Below, piece by piece: positions 14,660 to 28,384 of a DNA stretch of 64,000 nt. The DNA is from the human T2T-CHM13v2.0 reference genome, Homo sapiens: the NCBI RefSeq assembly GCF_009914755.1, contig NC_060925.1. One strand, written 5' to 3'. The notes beneath the pieces are model-generated. The model searched no databases, was not told where the DNA came from, and worked only from the letters and a program-made list of their open reading frames with translations. How positions within the stretch are numbered: position 1 is the first letter of the stretch; each line of letters starts with the position of its first letter. The position numbers and the translations under genes were made by a program.

Positions 14660-15915
14660 TTTTTAAAAAATGTTTATTTTTTATTTTGCTTTAAGTTCCA
14701 GGATACATGTGCAGAATGTGCAGGTTTGTTACATAGGTATACATGTGCCATTGTGGTTTGCTGCACCTATCAACCGATCATCTAGGTTTTAAGCCCCGCA
14801 TGCATTAGGTATTTGTCCTAATGCTCTCCCTCCCCTTGGGCCCCACCACCCGACAGGCCCTGTTGTGTGATGTTCCCCTCCTTGTGTCCATGTGTTCTCT
14901 TTGTTCAACTCCCACTTATGAATGAGAACACATGGTGTTTTGTTTTCTGTTCCTGTGTTAGTTTGCTGAGGATGATGGCTTCCATCTTCATCCATGTCCC
15001 TGCAAAGGACATGATCTCATTCTTTATTATGGCTGCATAGTATTCCATGGTGTATATGTGCCATATTTTCTTTATCCAGTCTATCATTGATGGGTATTTG
15101 GGTTGGTTCCAAGACTTTGCTATTGTAAATAGTGTTGTAATAAACATATGTGTGCATGTGTCTTTATAGTAGAATGATTTATAATCCTTTAGGTATATAT
15201 GCAGTAATGGGATTGCTGGGTCAATGTAAATGGTATATGTACAATTGTATATGTATATATACAATGTATATGTATTGTATACAATTGTATATCTATATGT
15301 ACAATGTAAAATGTAAATGTAAAACCCAAAACCATAAAAACCCTAGAAGAAAACCTAGGCAATACCATTCACAACATAGGTTTGGGTGAAGACTTCATGA
15401 CTAAAACACCAAAAACAATTGCAACAAAAGCCAAAATTGACAAACGGGATCTAATTAAACTAAAGAGCTTCTGCACAGCAAAAGAAATTCTCATCAGAGT
15501 GAGCAGGCAACCTAGAGAATGGCAGAAAATTTTTGCAGTCTACCCATCTGACAAAGATCTAATATCCAGAATCTACAAGGAACTTAAATTTACAAGAAAA
15601 AAACAACCCCATCAAAAAGTGGGCAAAGGATATGAACAGACACTTCTCAAGAGAAGATATTTATAAGGCCAACAAACATAGGAAAAAAAAAGCTCATCAT
15701 CATTTTTCATTAGAGAAATGCAAATCAAAACCAGAATGAAATACCATCTCATACCTGTTAAAATGGCAATTATTAAAAAGTCAGGAAACAATAGATGCTG
15801 GTTAGGCTGTGGAGAAACAGGAATACTTTTACACTGTTGGTGGGAGTGTAAATTAATTCTACCATTGTGGAAGACAATGTGGCAATTCCTCAAGAATATA
15901 GAACCAGAAATAACA
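14660..15915 (-). mobile_element. L1PA (about PA8-10), 5'-truncated and 5'-inverted (twin priming)
   Basis: 3' end antisense at 14660-15223, ORF2 segment in the opposite orientation at ~15315-15915, TSD cttaa(a/g)taaatattttc at 14643-14659 and 15916-15932. Confidence 0.92.
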
Positions 15916-16837
15916 CTTAAGTAAATATTTTCACTTAAAAAATATGGATGTTAATCTCAATCATATAAGCTTTTAAAAAGTTTATGCTAAAATCTATGTA
16001 ATATGTATAGAACAATTATTACAATGCTGATTATGACAAATAAAATATGTGAAACAACTATTGCAATGCCTAACTCATAACAGTTTGTAGTTTCCATTTT
16101 CTGATGATGACATTGATGATGATACTGAAGGGAGCAAAATGTGATGATATCATAAAGTCTTCCCACCTATACAATCTCTTAGTACAGCATCTGAAATAGC
16201 CTTTGGTTTTGTCTGCTCTTCTGTTATCATAGCCAAGTAAAAAGTGCTATGTAAAGTTTAGGAATGTTAATGATAACAAAGCATCCTTTTTACTTAGCTA
16301 CCTATGTGCTTTTAACATATTAATCTGAACCACATCACCTTACTCATAGACCATGTTTTCTTTGAAAAACGATTCCAATCTCACTTCTTAGAGAAAAGAT
16401 TACTTAAAATTGGTGTAAGCAATTCTGACTGCAATACTTTCTCTCTGACAGTGGTCTTTGGAAATTAAATGAATAATAATGTGAGTAGCTCATAAAATGA
16501 ACCCAGCACCTCTTGCCTCATGGCGTGTCAGTAATTGAATGTCAAATGAAGACACTACAAAAATATGAGACTAACAGGCATCTTCAAAAGGTAAACAGTT
16601 AAGGCATATTTATAAGCAAGAACACTATCTAACCTAAATTTATAAACAGGTTTTTTAAATACACTTGAAATTGAACTTACAAGATAGATGCTTTTAAGTC
16701 TTTTATTGAGATAGACCAAAATATATCTGGCTGTTGACAGGTGAGAGAAAATTATTTACAAATAAAGCAAGCCTTCACAGTGAGTGGTGGGTATATGGTG
16801 ATTTAAGAAATATGAAAGGGCTATCAAAAGATGCAGT

Positions 16838-17139
16838 ACTACACTGTCTAATACACTGGCCATTAAGCACATGTGACTGTTAAGCATTTGGAATATGCTA
16901 GAACAAACTGAGATGTGCTATGCATGTGAAAAACATGCTGAATTTCAAAGAATAAGAATAGAAAATATCTAATTTATAGTACTTTATATTCATTTTGTGA
17001 TAAAAATTTAATATATATTAAGTTAAAATATATCACTAAAATTCATATCACCTGTTTCTTTTTTATTTTTTCTTTGTGGATGTTAGAAAATTTAAAATAC
17101 CACATGTAAATTAAAGTATAATTCTATTGAACAATGCTG
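16838..17139 (-). mobile_element. MER33 (hAT-Charlie MITE)
   Basis: cactgtctaatac...gcacatgtgactgttaagcatttg...aactgagatgtgct...cacctgtttcttttt...ctattgaacaatgctg. Confidence 0.8.
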
Positions 17140-18253
17140 GACCAGAATCTAGGAATTGTGCTTGCCACTAACAAGCTCCTTGTCCTGGCCTCCATGACTT
17201 AAGAGTACAGGTCTAGTTGACTTCTAATGCTCTTTCACTTCCCAAATGTTCCATGATTCAAATGTAAGTCTGGCTTCATGCCCTTATAGCTTAGAGAAGT
17301 ACAGTCCTTAGCCAATATTTTATTCTACTTGCCTATTTGTTTTCTTGTCCTGGAATAGTTTGCCTACATGGAAAAGATTTTTGTAAAGATCTTTTCCAAA
17401 CTTGTATATTTTAACAGAATTTGCCTTCTAAAAAACCAGTTGCATAGATTAATAAAAATGTATTCTTATTGTTTCTTCACTTTGAAATTGTTATACCCAG
17501 CCAAAGGTAAAATTTTTCACTTAAGTCTTGCTATTCATGCCACAGGATTAATGTCAGGTAGCACTAGTAATGACATTCAAATATTACAAAAACAATTCCA
17601 TTGAAACTGTCTTTTGTATTTTATATTTAAGCCATTAATAAGAAAGATTACTTTCTTTGTAGGCCATGGTAAAAAATAAACTTGGAGTGTAATTGCTTTA
17701 TGAGCCAAAGGCCTTCCTTTTTAATTCCTCATAGATTTTAGTTAATAAAAATCTGTGATTAAGGCATTCATTGAATGTGTATAGGCTTTGTGCAATGGGC
17801 AGAAAAAAAATCAACAGCTTATATTATCCTCTAGCAATGAAGTTCAAATATAGTTAACAGATTGCTTAAGTAGATAATAATAAAAGGAATATTACATGGA
17901 CTAAGCCCATACCTGCATAATGTGATTTCCACTGCTTATTCAGTGTCATTATTTGAAAGAAAAAGTCAAGAAGATAAATGGAAACAATTAGATAAACTAA
18001 AGTATTTGGAAGAAAAATGTTTCTATTAAGTTCCCTTATAACCCTACTTCTTTGCCTATTTCTTATTTTTTTTTTTTTTTTACTTTTTAGTAATAAATGA
18101 GTGAACGTGATCCCTGAAGCATCTATTGATCATTGAGGATGTCAGTACATGTATACTGAAATCATACTAATTAAACATGGTCTAATATGGTGTGTAAAAA
18201 TACTATAGTGTATGCATGCTCTCATTTTAGGAAAATGCCCTTCTCAATGAAGT

Positions 18254-18650
18254 TGTAAGGGATTGGATTAAATTTACCAGGAGAAAGCAGATTCTGAGAC
18301 AGAGTTCAGTGTGCAGGATATTTATTAGGGAGTGCCTTTGGGATAAATCCCTATGGTTAAAAGGGTAAGAGGACAGAATTTGACAGAGAGAGAAGCCAGC
18401 TAAAATGCAGTCCTGACAACATTCTCAGCTGGACCCATGGGAAGCTCTCATACTAAAATAGCCTTTTAGAGATACCTATGCTAGGCCGGAATGGCTGGGC
18501 CTTTCTATGCCTGTGTCAATATCCATTGGATATGGGCCACCCTGGAAGGGCGTAACTTTGGGTAAAGTGGCTCTCTGTTACTGAGGACATCCCTGAAGGT
18601 GCTGACAGCTGAAGGCTGTCTGCTGACAGTATTCTCAGTTATTGGGCCCA
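18254..18650 (-). mobile_element. LTR16-type ERVL solo LTR
   Basis: aagcagattctgagacagagttcagtgtgcaggatatttattagggagtgcc...ccctgaaggtgctgacagctgaaggctgtctgctgacag. Confidence 0.8.
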
Positions 18651-19288
18651 CCAATTATTACATAATTTACAACAAAGCCTGTGACATCTAGTTCTTCATG
18701 ACATTTATGTATTCACTTATATAATAAACTTATATTGAGTGCTCTGTATATGCCAAGAATCATGCTAATTTTTCGGGATACACAGAAAAAAAAGTGGAGT
18801 CTCTGAACCTCCAATCCTGGCAGTTCAGGTTGCTAATACTAGTTCTCCTATTTCAATAATTCTCGGATTCCACTAGAACTTCTGATCGATTGAGGCTACT
18901 ATCACCTCATGATGCATCATACCTTTAGTGTCCTCTTTCCTTCCCAACCCAGCATATAGTCTATGATTCATTATAATCACTCCCTCAGTTCCCTTGTTCC
19001 TCCCTCCCTCTCTTGTACTCAGCTAACAAAACTGGAGATCTGGCTAAATTTATCATTGCAGAATCTCACCAAAGCAATTAGAAATGACTGGGGAAAAGAT
19101 TAACACATGTGCACATGCACACACTTACGCTGACTCATCTCACTTTAAATCCACGACTGTGAACTTCAAATGAGCCCTCAGTGCTACCAGGCACTTCTTT
19201 CTATTTATTGTATACTATATTATTCATATGCTATACTATATTTCCTTAATAACTTTATTCCCTCACTGACCCAGATGAATAATTTCGA

Positions 19289-19490
19289 TCATGTGCTGGT
19301 AAAAGTTTCAATACTGGCTCTTCAGGGGGAAAAAACTTTGATATGTAACACTTGCTGATTTCTGTATTGTAAATATTTCCACTAAGGTTGGTTTCAAGTT
19401 ATCAGTGTGACATCACTGAAGGTGGAGTTGGGAAGAGATGAGCACTCTCAGCTCTCCTGAGCTCAACGGAGTCAGTTCCAGCATATACTG
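19289..19490 (-). mobile_element. MER63A-like hAT MITE
   Basis: gtgctggtaaaagtttcaa...gtgacatcactgaaggtggagttgggaagagatgagcac...ccagcatatactg. Confidence 0.8.
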
Positions 19491-19987
19491 AGTGTAACTA
19501 ACTTTTTTTTCTCCCTCTTCAAGCCTAAAATTTCCCCTCTTCCTCACTTTCAGAGGATGACCTGCCTTCTTTTCCACTGAGAATGTAGAAGCAACTTGAA
19601 GAAAACTTCTATATGCTTGCACTACCAAATCTACCAATTTAACTGTGACTGCCTTTTCCCCATACACCCAGCTTCCCTCCTACTGCCATGATGAAGAGAT
19701 CTTTCCTCATGGTTAAAGCTAACCACACTTGTGCCTTGGATCCCACCCCCTCTCTCCTGTTTAATGGCTTTGCTCCTATGTGTTCCATCTCACCCTGCAT
19801 CATTGTTGCTTTCCATTTTACTGTTTTATTGTCATCATTGTACACATATGCTGTTACCTCCTATTGAAAAGTAATACTGCTAACCCAACAGCCCTAGAGC
19901 TAACTAACACACCATATCTCTTTCCCTTGCAGAGCAAAACTTAAGAGCAGGTTTACCCATTTTTTCTAGTTTTTCTACTCCCAATTT

Positions 19988-20234
19988 TTAAAAAAGTTTT
20001 CAGTTCTGGGGTATATGTGTGGGATGTACAGGTTTGTTACATAGGTAAATGTGTGTCATGGTGGTTTGTTGCACCTATCAACCCATCCATCACCTAGGTA
20101 TTAAGTACCATATGCATTAGCTATTTTTTCTGATGTTCTCCCTGCCCCCAACCTACCCCCCGACAGGCCCGAGTGTGTGTTGTTCCCCTCCCTGTGTCCA
20201 TGTGTTCTCATTGGTCAGCTCCCACTTATAAGTG
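19988..20234 (-). mobile_element. L1PA 3'UTR fragment (about 250 bp)
   Basis: Antisense L1PA 3' end; TSD cta(c/t)tcccaattt at 19975-19987 and 20237-20249. Confidence 0.9.
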
Positions 20235-20279
20235 TACTATTCCCAATTTATTTTGAATCCTTTCCAGCCAATTTGAACC

Positions 20280-20974
<695 letters not shown>

Positions 20975-22450
20975 GTCAGGGGTTTTTCTTCACTTCTCCT
21001 TGAAATTACTTTCTTCACTTCTTGAAATTACTCTTTTCAAGTTCACCACTGGCTTTTATAGTGTCAATCTGGTGACTAAATTCTCAGTTCTCTCCTACCT
21101 TGATCTTTCAGCATTGACCTTTGAACAGCTGGTCACTTTTCCCTTCTTTACTACATCACTGCAAGAACCTTCAAACCTTTCTCTCCTGCCTCCTTCCATG
21201 ACCTATTGCATTCTCCACTCCACAAGACAGCCAAAGTGTTATCTTTAAACATGTCAGGTAATGTTTTTTCTGTATTCTCTGGTTTCCCATTTTACTCAGA
21301 CTAAAGTCCAAACTGCATAACAATGGATAACCAGGAACTTCATGGTTTGGCCTCATCTCATACCACTCTTCCTTGTACTTACTCAGCTCTAGCTGGGCAG
21401 GTATCCTTTCTGTCCTTTAAATATGTCAAGCACTCTCCTATCCCCAAGTTTTTCACTTGGCATTTTCCCCTTCACTTGTTAGACGCCTTCACTGGCTTCA
21501 GTATCCACACGACACACCCTCCCAGTTCATTTGAGGTGCTACTCATAAGACACCTTCTTTGTGAGGCCTTCCTGACCACCCTGGCTAAAATCACACTTCC
21601 TCCCCTGTCTTTTGTTGTCACATTACCATCTTTGTTTCTTGATGGTATTCATTTCTCCTGATTTTATATTATATAGATTTTGTTTATTGCCATATCCTTA
21701 CTGACTTTTGATGGCAGAAAATCTGATTGGATTATTGCTCCATTCTCAGCATCTGTTTATTCCACACACTAAGTACTCAATAGATATTTGTTTAATGAAT
21801 GAGAAATGAAGTACATAGCTCAGGAATGTGTTGGTCCCAATGTTTACAAACTTTTATATTAGGGCTTTTATTCCTCAAGAGATCTAGTTGTTAAACATGT
21901 AGCAGCACACTACTGATAACAAAATAAGTAGGAAAATATAAGCACGAGGTAGGGTATTGTAATATAAGGGAAGAACACCTAATATGGAATTGAGATGGAG
22001 AGGAGTTGGGATTTTCCTATGGGATATTTTTGGAGAGAATGTTAAAGGGTAAGCACAAGTTAGTAAGATGATAAGCAAAGGAAATAAAGGGCCTAACAGG
22101 CAAAAGAAATATCAAAGATTTTTTATGGTATAATACTCATTTATCATGGTTTCTGAATAAAACGGAATTAGAAGGAAGAGTTGATGGTTTAGAGGGATGA
22201 TCGTAAAATCTTGAAGGACTGTGTGTGCTGAAAGTCATGAAGAGATGGAAATACACTTGGTTAGGACCTCAATTTTGTAATCTTCAAACAGTCACTTATT
22301 ATGGTTGTGACTTCCCCTATGAAACCTTTCAGAAGGCTGTATTATAGAGGACAAGGCAGGATAAAAGGAACTGATGTTTTAATCCCAAATTCCAGCATGG
22401 TATCATGGTGAGCTACAGTGGACCAAATGAGAACAACTAAACATTCCTTA

Positions 22451-23719
22451 GAAATGGGGAAAGGATTCCCTATTTAATAAATGGTACTGGGAAAACTGGC
22501 TAGCTGTATGTAGAAAGCTGAAACTGGATCCCTTCCTTAAACCTTATACTAAAATTAATTCAAGATGGATTAAAGACTTAAATGTTAGAACTAAAACCAT
22601 AAAAACTCTAGAAGAAAACCTAGGCAATACCATTCAGGACATAGGTATGGGCAAGGACTTCATGTCTAAAACACCAAAATCCATGGCAACAAAAGCCAAA
22701 ATTGACAAATGGAATCTAATTAAACTAAAGAGCTTCTGCACAGCAAAAGAAACTACCATCATAGTGAACAGGCAACCTACAGAATGGGAGAAAATTTTTG
22801 CAATCTACTCATCTGACAAAGGGCTAATATCCAGAATTTACAAAGAACTTCAACAAATTTACAAGAAAAAAATCAAACATATCAAAAAGTGGGTGAAGGA
22901 TATGAACAGATACTTCTCAAAAGAAGATATTGATGCAGCCAACAGACACATGAAAAAATGCTCATCATCACTGGCCATCAGAGAAATGCAAATTGAAACC
23001 ACAATGAGATACCATCTCACACCAGTTAGAATGGCTATCATTAAAAAGTCAGGAAACAACAGGTGCTGGAGAGGATGTGGAGAAATAGGAACACTTTTAC
23101 ACTGTTGGTGGGACTGTAAACTACTTCAACCATTGTGGAAGACAGTGTGGTGGCGATTCCTCAAGGATCTAGAACTAGAAATACCATTTGACCCAGCCAT
23201 CCCATTACTGGGTATATACCCAAATGATCATAAAACATGCTGCTATAAAGACACATGCACACATCTGTTTATTGTGGCACTATTCACAACAGCAAAGATT
23301 TGGAACTGACCCAAATGTCCATCAATGATAGACTGGATTAAGAAAATGTGGCACATATACACCATGGAATACTATGCAGCCATAAAAAATGATGAGTTCA
23401 TGTCCTTTGTAGGGACATGGATGAAGCTGGAAACCACCATTCTCAGCAAACTATTGCAAGGACAGAAAACCAAATACCGCATGTTCTCACTCATAGGTGG
23501 GAACTGAACAATGAGAACACTCAGACACAGGATGGGGAACATCACACACTGGGGCCTGTTGTGGGGTCGGGGGAGGGGGGAGGGACAGCATTAGGAGATA
23601 TAACTAATGTTAAATGACGAGTTAATGGGTGCAGCACACCAACATGGCACATGTATACATATGTAACAAACCTGCACATTGTGCACATGTACCCTAGAAC
23701 TTAGAGTATTAAAAAAAAA
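22451..23719 (+). mobile_element. L1PA (about PA5-6) 5'-truncated 3' fragment, ~1.27 kb
   Basis: ORF 22647-23309 encodes the ORF2 C-terminus with the cysteine-rich motif [18 protein letters not shown], followed by the 3'UTR with G tract and A tail; premature stop at 23309. Confidence 0.96.
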
Positions 23720-24062
23720 TTTCTTGGTACCTCTTTATATAAGCAAATTGAATAGTCATTTTGGTCTTCTACTTTAAGGCCCATTAGTAAGCACATTCTT
23801 TATATATTATCCTAGATGTCAAGAAGAATTTAGAAAAGATTAATTTAAAAAAATCTTTTCAATTAAAGAAAGATTATTTCTTCCTAAGGTTTAGCAAATC
23901 TTCCAAGTGGGTGAATGTCTTAGGATCAACTTTCCAAGTAAATGGGAATAAAATCCCTTAAAGAGGGATGTAAAAGAAGACAAATCTTAAGAGAATTTGA
24001 GTTCAAAAGACAAAATAACATCAAGAGAGCTGAAGTCAAAGACAGAGAAATTATTCTGAGGT

Positions 24063-24419
24063 CTCAACACCTTTTAATCCTTTGCACATTACAATGAATG
24101 TATTAACTATGTAGCATACTGTCCCAAATAATTGAACCAGTCTTAACCTCTCAGTAGAGGTTGGAATATCCCAATAATATATGCAAAGATGATGAGTCAA
24201 GTTTGGCACCTGTTAAATCCACAGTTACAATGAAATATCCAACTAGAAATATTAAGTATGAAATTACATATGGCTCATTTAATTCTCTCTGTAAACCATT
24301 TGGTGTGTTACTTAGATAGTTTATAGATGAGACTGATACATAGAAGGATTAAGTAATTTTCTTAAGTTCATATGAATAGTAAGTGGTAGAGCAGGAATCT
24401 GAACCCAGGTAATCTCTCT

Positions 24420-24422
<3 letters not shown>
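24063..24422 (+). repeat. Local duplication, Alu-free copy (right ~100 bp is an antisense MIR remnant)
   Basis: Matches 20280-20974 minus the Alu; contains a single aggattaagtaatttt site. Confidence 0.97.
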
Positions 24423-24454
<32 letters not shown>

Positions 24455-24468
24455 AACCACACACACAC
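24422..24468. repeat. (CA)n microsatellite
   Basis: Direct reading. Confidence 0.95.
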
Positions 24469-24523
24469 GTGAAACACAGTTGGGTTCAAGATTGGAATTT
24501 GGAGCTCATTCACATATAAAGGC

Positions 24524-24914
24524 TATCTTAGCCCAGTTGTGTTTCCATAACGAAATACCCGAGATTGGGTAAATTATAAATTATTTATCACAGTTCTGGA
24601 GGCTGTGAAGTCCAAGATCAAGATACCAGCAGGTTGCGTGTCTTGTGAGGGCCCAATCTCTGCTTCCAAGATGGGACCTTGTTGCTGTATCCTCTGGAGG
24701 GAATGAACACTGTGTCCTCACATGGTGAAAGGAAAAAGGGCAAAAACGGCTGAAAACTATGTGAAGCCTCCTTAATAAGACCTTAATCTCATCCATGAAG
24801 GAGAAGCCCTAATGACCTATTTACCTCCTAAAGGTCCCCATTTGTTAATTCAATTGCATTAGGGATTAAGTGTCAACATGTCTTTGCAGGGGGATACAAA
24901 CATTAAGCATGGCA
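24524..24914 (-). mobile_element. MST (C/D-like) MaLR LTR
   Basis: cacagttctggaggctgtgaagtccaagatcaag...ctgcttccaagatgg...gcattagggattaagtgtcaacatg. Confidence 0.85.
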
Positions 24915-24915
24915 C

Positions 24916-25540
24916 AGGATAAATGAAATTTAGGATGAGGAATGAATTACCCAGAAAAAGTGTAAAATAAGAAAATGAGGCATGAGAAAGTTCCGTGAGG
25001 AACACCAACATTTATGGAATAATTTGAGCAAGAGGAATACATAAAAGAGTCTTAGGAAAAGCTAGACAAGTAGAAAAATAAAAGAAAGAATCTGAATTTA
25101 GAGAAGCTAAGAAAAGGACAGATTTTTGGAAACAAAATGAATGGCCAACAGTATACAATATTACTGATGTCAATGAGATAAGGCCTGGAATAGATTTCTG
25201 TAGTCAGCAACGAGGCTGGGCTCTTTGTGTAAGCAAAGTCATCACAGTGGAGGGAAAAGAAACCACAGTTCAATGAATCAGATTTTAACAAATCGAAGGC
25301 ATGAGGAAAGTAACTCTTTGGAGAAGTTTAGCCACAAAAGTTAAATAAAGATAGGTCAAATATTTGAAGGGAGATACAATTTCAAGGGATAGCTCATTTT
25401 ATTTTTATGATCTAGAGATGAGCACATTTAAATATTGCTGGCATGTATATAGAGAGGGAGAGGTTGGAATATTAAAAACAAAACCAAATGATCAATGAAT
25501 GAAACCTTGAAGAGTCAGAAACAAATGAGTCAGAGTGGAA
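24916..25540 (-). mobile_element. L2 fragment
   Basis: Purine-rich antisense L2 motifs (gaggaacaccaacattta, tcacagtggagggaaaagaaacca, ctttggagaagtttagc). Confidence 0.6.
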
Positions 25541-25882
25541 GGGATAAACCTCGGTGTTTCTGATATTGAGGAGACAAGTCAGGTCATCTTACATTGCCCT
25601 GATTTCCTTACAGTGAGCTTAAAAACATAGTAATCAGTACTATTGGGAAGTTAATCTCAGCCATTTTGGAGTCCTCGTCTCTTGAGAAGGGAGGCATCTT
25701 TGTCCTTTAGTCCCTGTTTAGGTTAGCTTGTTTTTCACAGTTTTCCTAAATGATTAACCTGAACCAGAATTCTCACAGCCATTTCCTCTGACTACCTAAA
25801 AAGGCTCATATCTCAGTTCCCAAAATACATGTAACATTTGTGCTTATTCTCAGATCCCCCCAATCCACCCAGGGTTGGGCAC

Positions 25883-26208
25883 ATAAAATGATCTGGAAGC
25901 AGTGCATAAATACACAGGGGTTAGTAGAATCAGCAGCTTCTACTTGGGAGGGATGAAGAGAAATGTGTCCATAAGGAAAGCTCAGCTTTTTATTAGGTAC
26001 TGAAGAGACAGAGGTGATACCAAGGTGGGGAGGAGAGGTTGGTTACTATACATTGAGGGATTCACAGGAAACTATATAAAATTTTGGGAAAGAAAGAAGC
26101 AATGAGAATTTGAGCCAGCTGTAAAAAAAATACAGAAGAATATGGAAGAAGTTAGATAACTTAGGGGTGACCAAGAATAACACTTGACATGAGAGGTCCC
26201 AAAGAATT
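25883..26208 (+). repeat. Local duplication copy A (partner 27077-27403)
   Basis: Colinear match from ataaaatgatctggaa to aaagaatt, roughly 85% identical by eye. Confidence 0.93.
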
Positions 26209-26314
26209 TCAAACATTTATCCTGTCCTTCTTTTGGTATATAAAAGCTAATTGTCAAGACTTCTGAAATTCCAAAATGTCTTAAAGGTAGCTCCACTTAC
26301 CTGGCAACCTTACT

Positions 26315-26325
26315 ATTTATTTATT

Positions 26326-26364
<39 letters not shown>
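26315..26364. repeat. (TTTA)n microsatellite
   Basis: Direct reading. Confidence 0.95.
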
Positions 26365-27076
26365 TGGTTTGTAAGTACTAAGGCAGATTATCTTTTTCAG
26401 TGGAAGGGTATGTCAAAAATACAGCTTAAAAAGTGAATCAAAGACCACTAAGGGACCGGGGTATGTCTCTTGTTGAAAGTAGCACAACACAAATACAAGT
26501 TAGGTCTTTGGGTACATATGTTTAGGAAAGAACGTTAAGAGATTTGTTATATTATATCCTGTTTCCTCTGTGACTAAAGATGCCAAGATTATCTGGTGAG
26601 AGTGAGGGGAAGTAGTAGGAAAGGAGTGTGAAGAAATTCTAAAATAATCCCTCTTACTGAAGAAAAATGTGATCAGGAGAGGGTGATTTTGGAAAAATAT
26701 GGTCAGCATTTATGTCCTGGGGAAGTTTACAAATTTGTGGAGGCACTGAATTACCTGCTTTGTTATTTTCTCCAACATCACTCAGTAGTTTTTATTTAAC
26801 AAACCACCCTGGTTGGGGTTTTGCCAGGAATATGTGGAGCAGAAGGAAGATGGAAATTGAAGATATTGGCATGGATAGGACTGATGTGACTGATTCTAAA
26901 TAGGGAAAGAGAATGAAGATAGAAGGACACCTACATTTATGGAGAAAATGAAGGAATCCAGGACTCAAAGAGTTAGTGAGGGCTGGGGGATTGAGGGTCA
27001 GGAGATAACCTTGACCAAGCATTCTGGAAGTATGGCATGGGTCTGAAAGTAACAGGCATTTTAACCAAGAATAGAG

Positions 27077-27403
27077 ATAAAATGATCTGGAAACAGTACC
27101 TAAATACACAGGGTTTAGTAGAATGAGCAGCTTCCACTTGGCAGGTATAAAGAGGAATATGTGTCCATAAGGGAAGTTCAGTTTTTAATTAGGTGCCAAA
27201 GAAACAGAAGTGATACCAAGGTGGAGACAAGAGGTTGGTTGTCATACACTGGGGGATTCACAGGACACTAGAGAAAGGTTTGGGAAAAGAAGCAGCAATG
27301 AGAATTTGAGCCAGGTGAAAAAAAAGTGCAGAAGAATATGGAAGAAGTTAGGTAACTTATGGATGACCAAGAATGATTTGACATGAGGGGTCCAAAAAGA
27401 ATT
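27077..27403 (+). repeat. Local duplication copy B (partner 25883-26208)
   Basis: See copy A. Confidence 0.93.
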
Positions 27404-27899
27404 AATCTTCACAATCTTCTGGTATTTGAGACAGTGCAGAAAATAGTTCGAGTTTGGAGAAAGGAGGGAAGACTTTTCTCTCTCATAGGACAGCTGCTTT
27501 CTGATGGGATTTAGTTTTTGAAGAATTCTAATTTATGTGAGCAGATAGGCCATGGAATTATCTGCTTTTCCATTTTCTTAAGCTATCTTGGGCATATCAG
27601 GAGTCTTCGGCAATATAGGTCTGTCTTTCTTGCTAGGTTATGCCTACTTCAGTTGGGTTCTTGCATTTTGCTGCATGCTGGAAATAGCATAGTTGCTTTT
27701 CAGAAAGTTTGTTCTGTTTATTTTGATCCCAGTAGAAATATCATTGAATTTGTAAGTGGTCAAAATTGATCTTCCTGCCTCTGACCTTTGTATCTATAAT
27801 CACAGGGGCCTTGTAATTAGTAGCTGCTTTATAATACAGTTTTGAAAATGCTGAAGAGTTCCTTATGTGCACCTAGTTTCCCTGCTACCTAACTCCCTC

Positions 27900-28357
27900 T
27901 GTATTAGTCCGCTCTTACACTGCTATAAAGATACCACCTGAGACTAGGTAATTTATATATATAAAAAAAGTTTAATTGACTCAATTCTGTGTGGCTGGGG
28001 AGGCCTCAGGAAACTTACAATCATGGCTGAAGGCAAAGGGGAAGCAAGGCATGCCTTTTTTTTTTCTTTTTAGTATTATTATTATACTTTAAGTTTTAGG
28101 GTACATGTGCACAATGTGCAGGTTAGTTACATATGTAAGGCATGTCTTATGTGACAGCAGGAGAGAGGGCACACAGGGGAAACTGTCAGCCACTTATAAA
28201 CAACTAGATCTCATGAGAACTCCCTTAGTATCATAAGAATAGCATGAGGGAAATTGCCCCCATGATCCAGTCACCTCCCACCAGGTCTCTCCCTTGACAT
28301 GTGGGGATTGCAATTCAAGATGAGATTTGGGTGGGAACACAGAGCCAAACTGTATAA
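27900..28357 (-). mobile_element. MSTA/MSTB LTR interrupted by a tiny L1
   Basis: tgtattagtccgct...ggcctcaggaaacttacaatcatggc...gagatttgggtgggaacacagagccaaac; approximate 5-bp TSD ccctc/tcctc. Confidence 0.9.
28058..28136 (-). mobile_element. Very short young L1 (L1PA2/3-like) 3' tip
   Basis: ttattatactttaagttttagggtacatgtgcacaatgtgcaggttagttacatatgt; TSD aaggcatg(c/t)ctt at 28046-28057 and 28137-28148. Confidence 0.92.
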
Positions 28358-28384
28358 TCCTCTAAACATTTCAATATACATTGG

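Noticed and set aside
22647-23309. 220-aa ORF with a cysteine-rich motif
   Set aside because: C-terminus of L1 ORF2 in a truncated copy with a premature stop and no promoter.
23551-23584. G-quadruplex-forming tract
   Set aside because: Standard G-rich tract of the L1PA 3'UTR, not locus-specific.
25883-27403. Direct repeats read as LTRs of a novel retroelement
   Set aside because: No TG..CA termini, TSD, primer-binding site or coding remnant recognised; kept only as a duplication.
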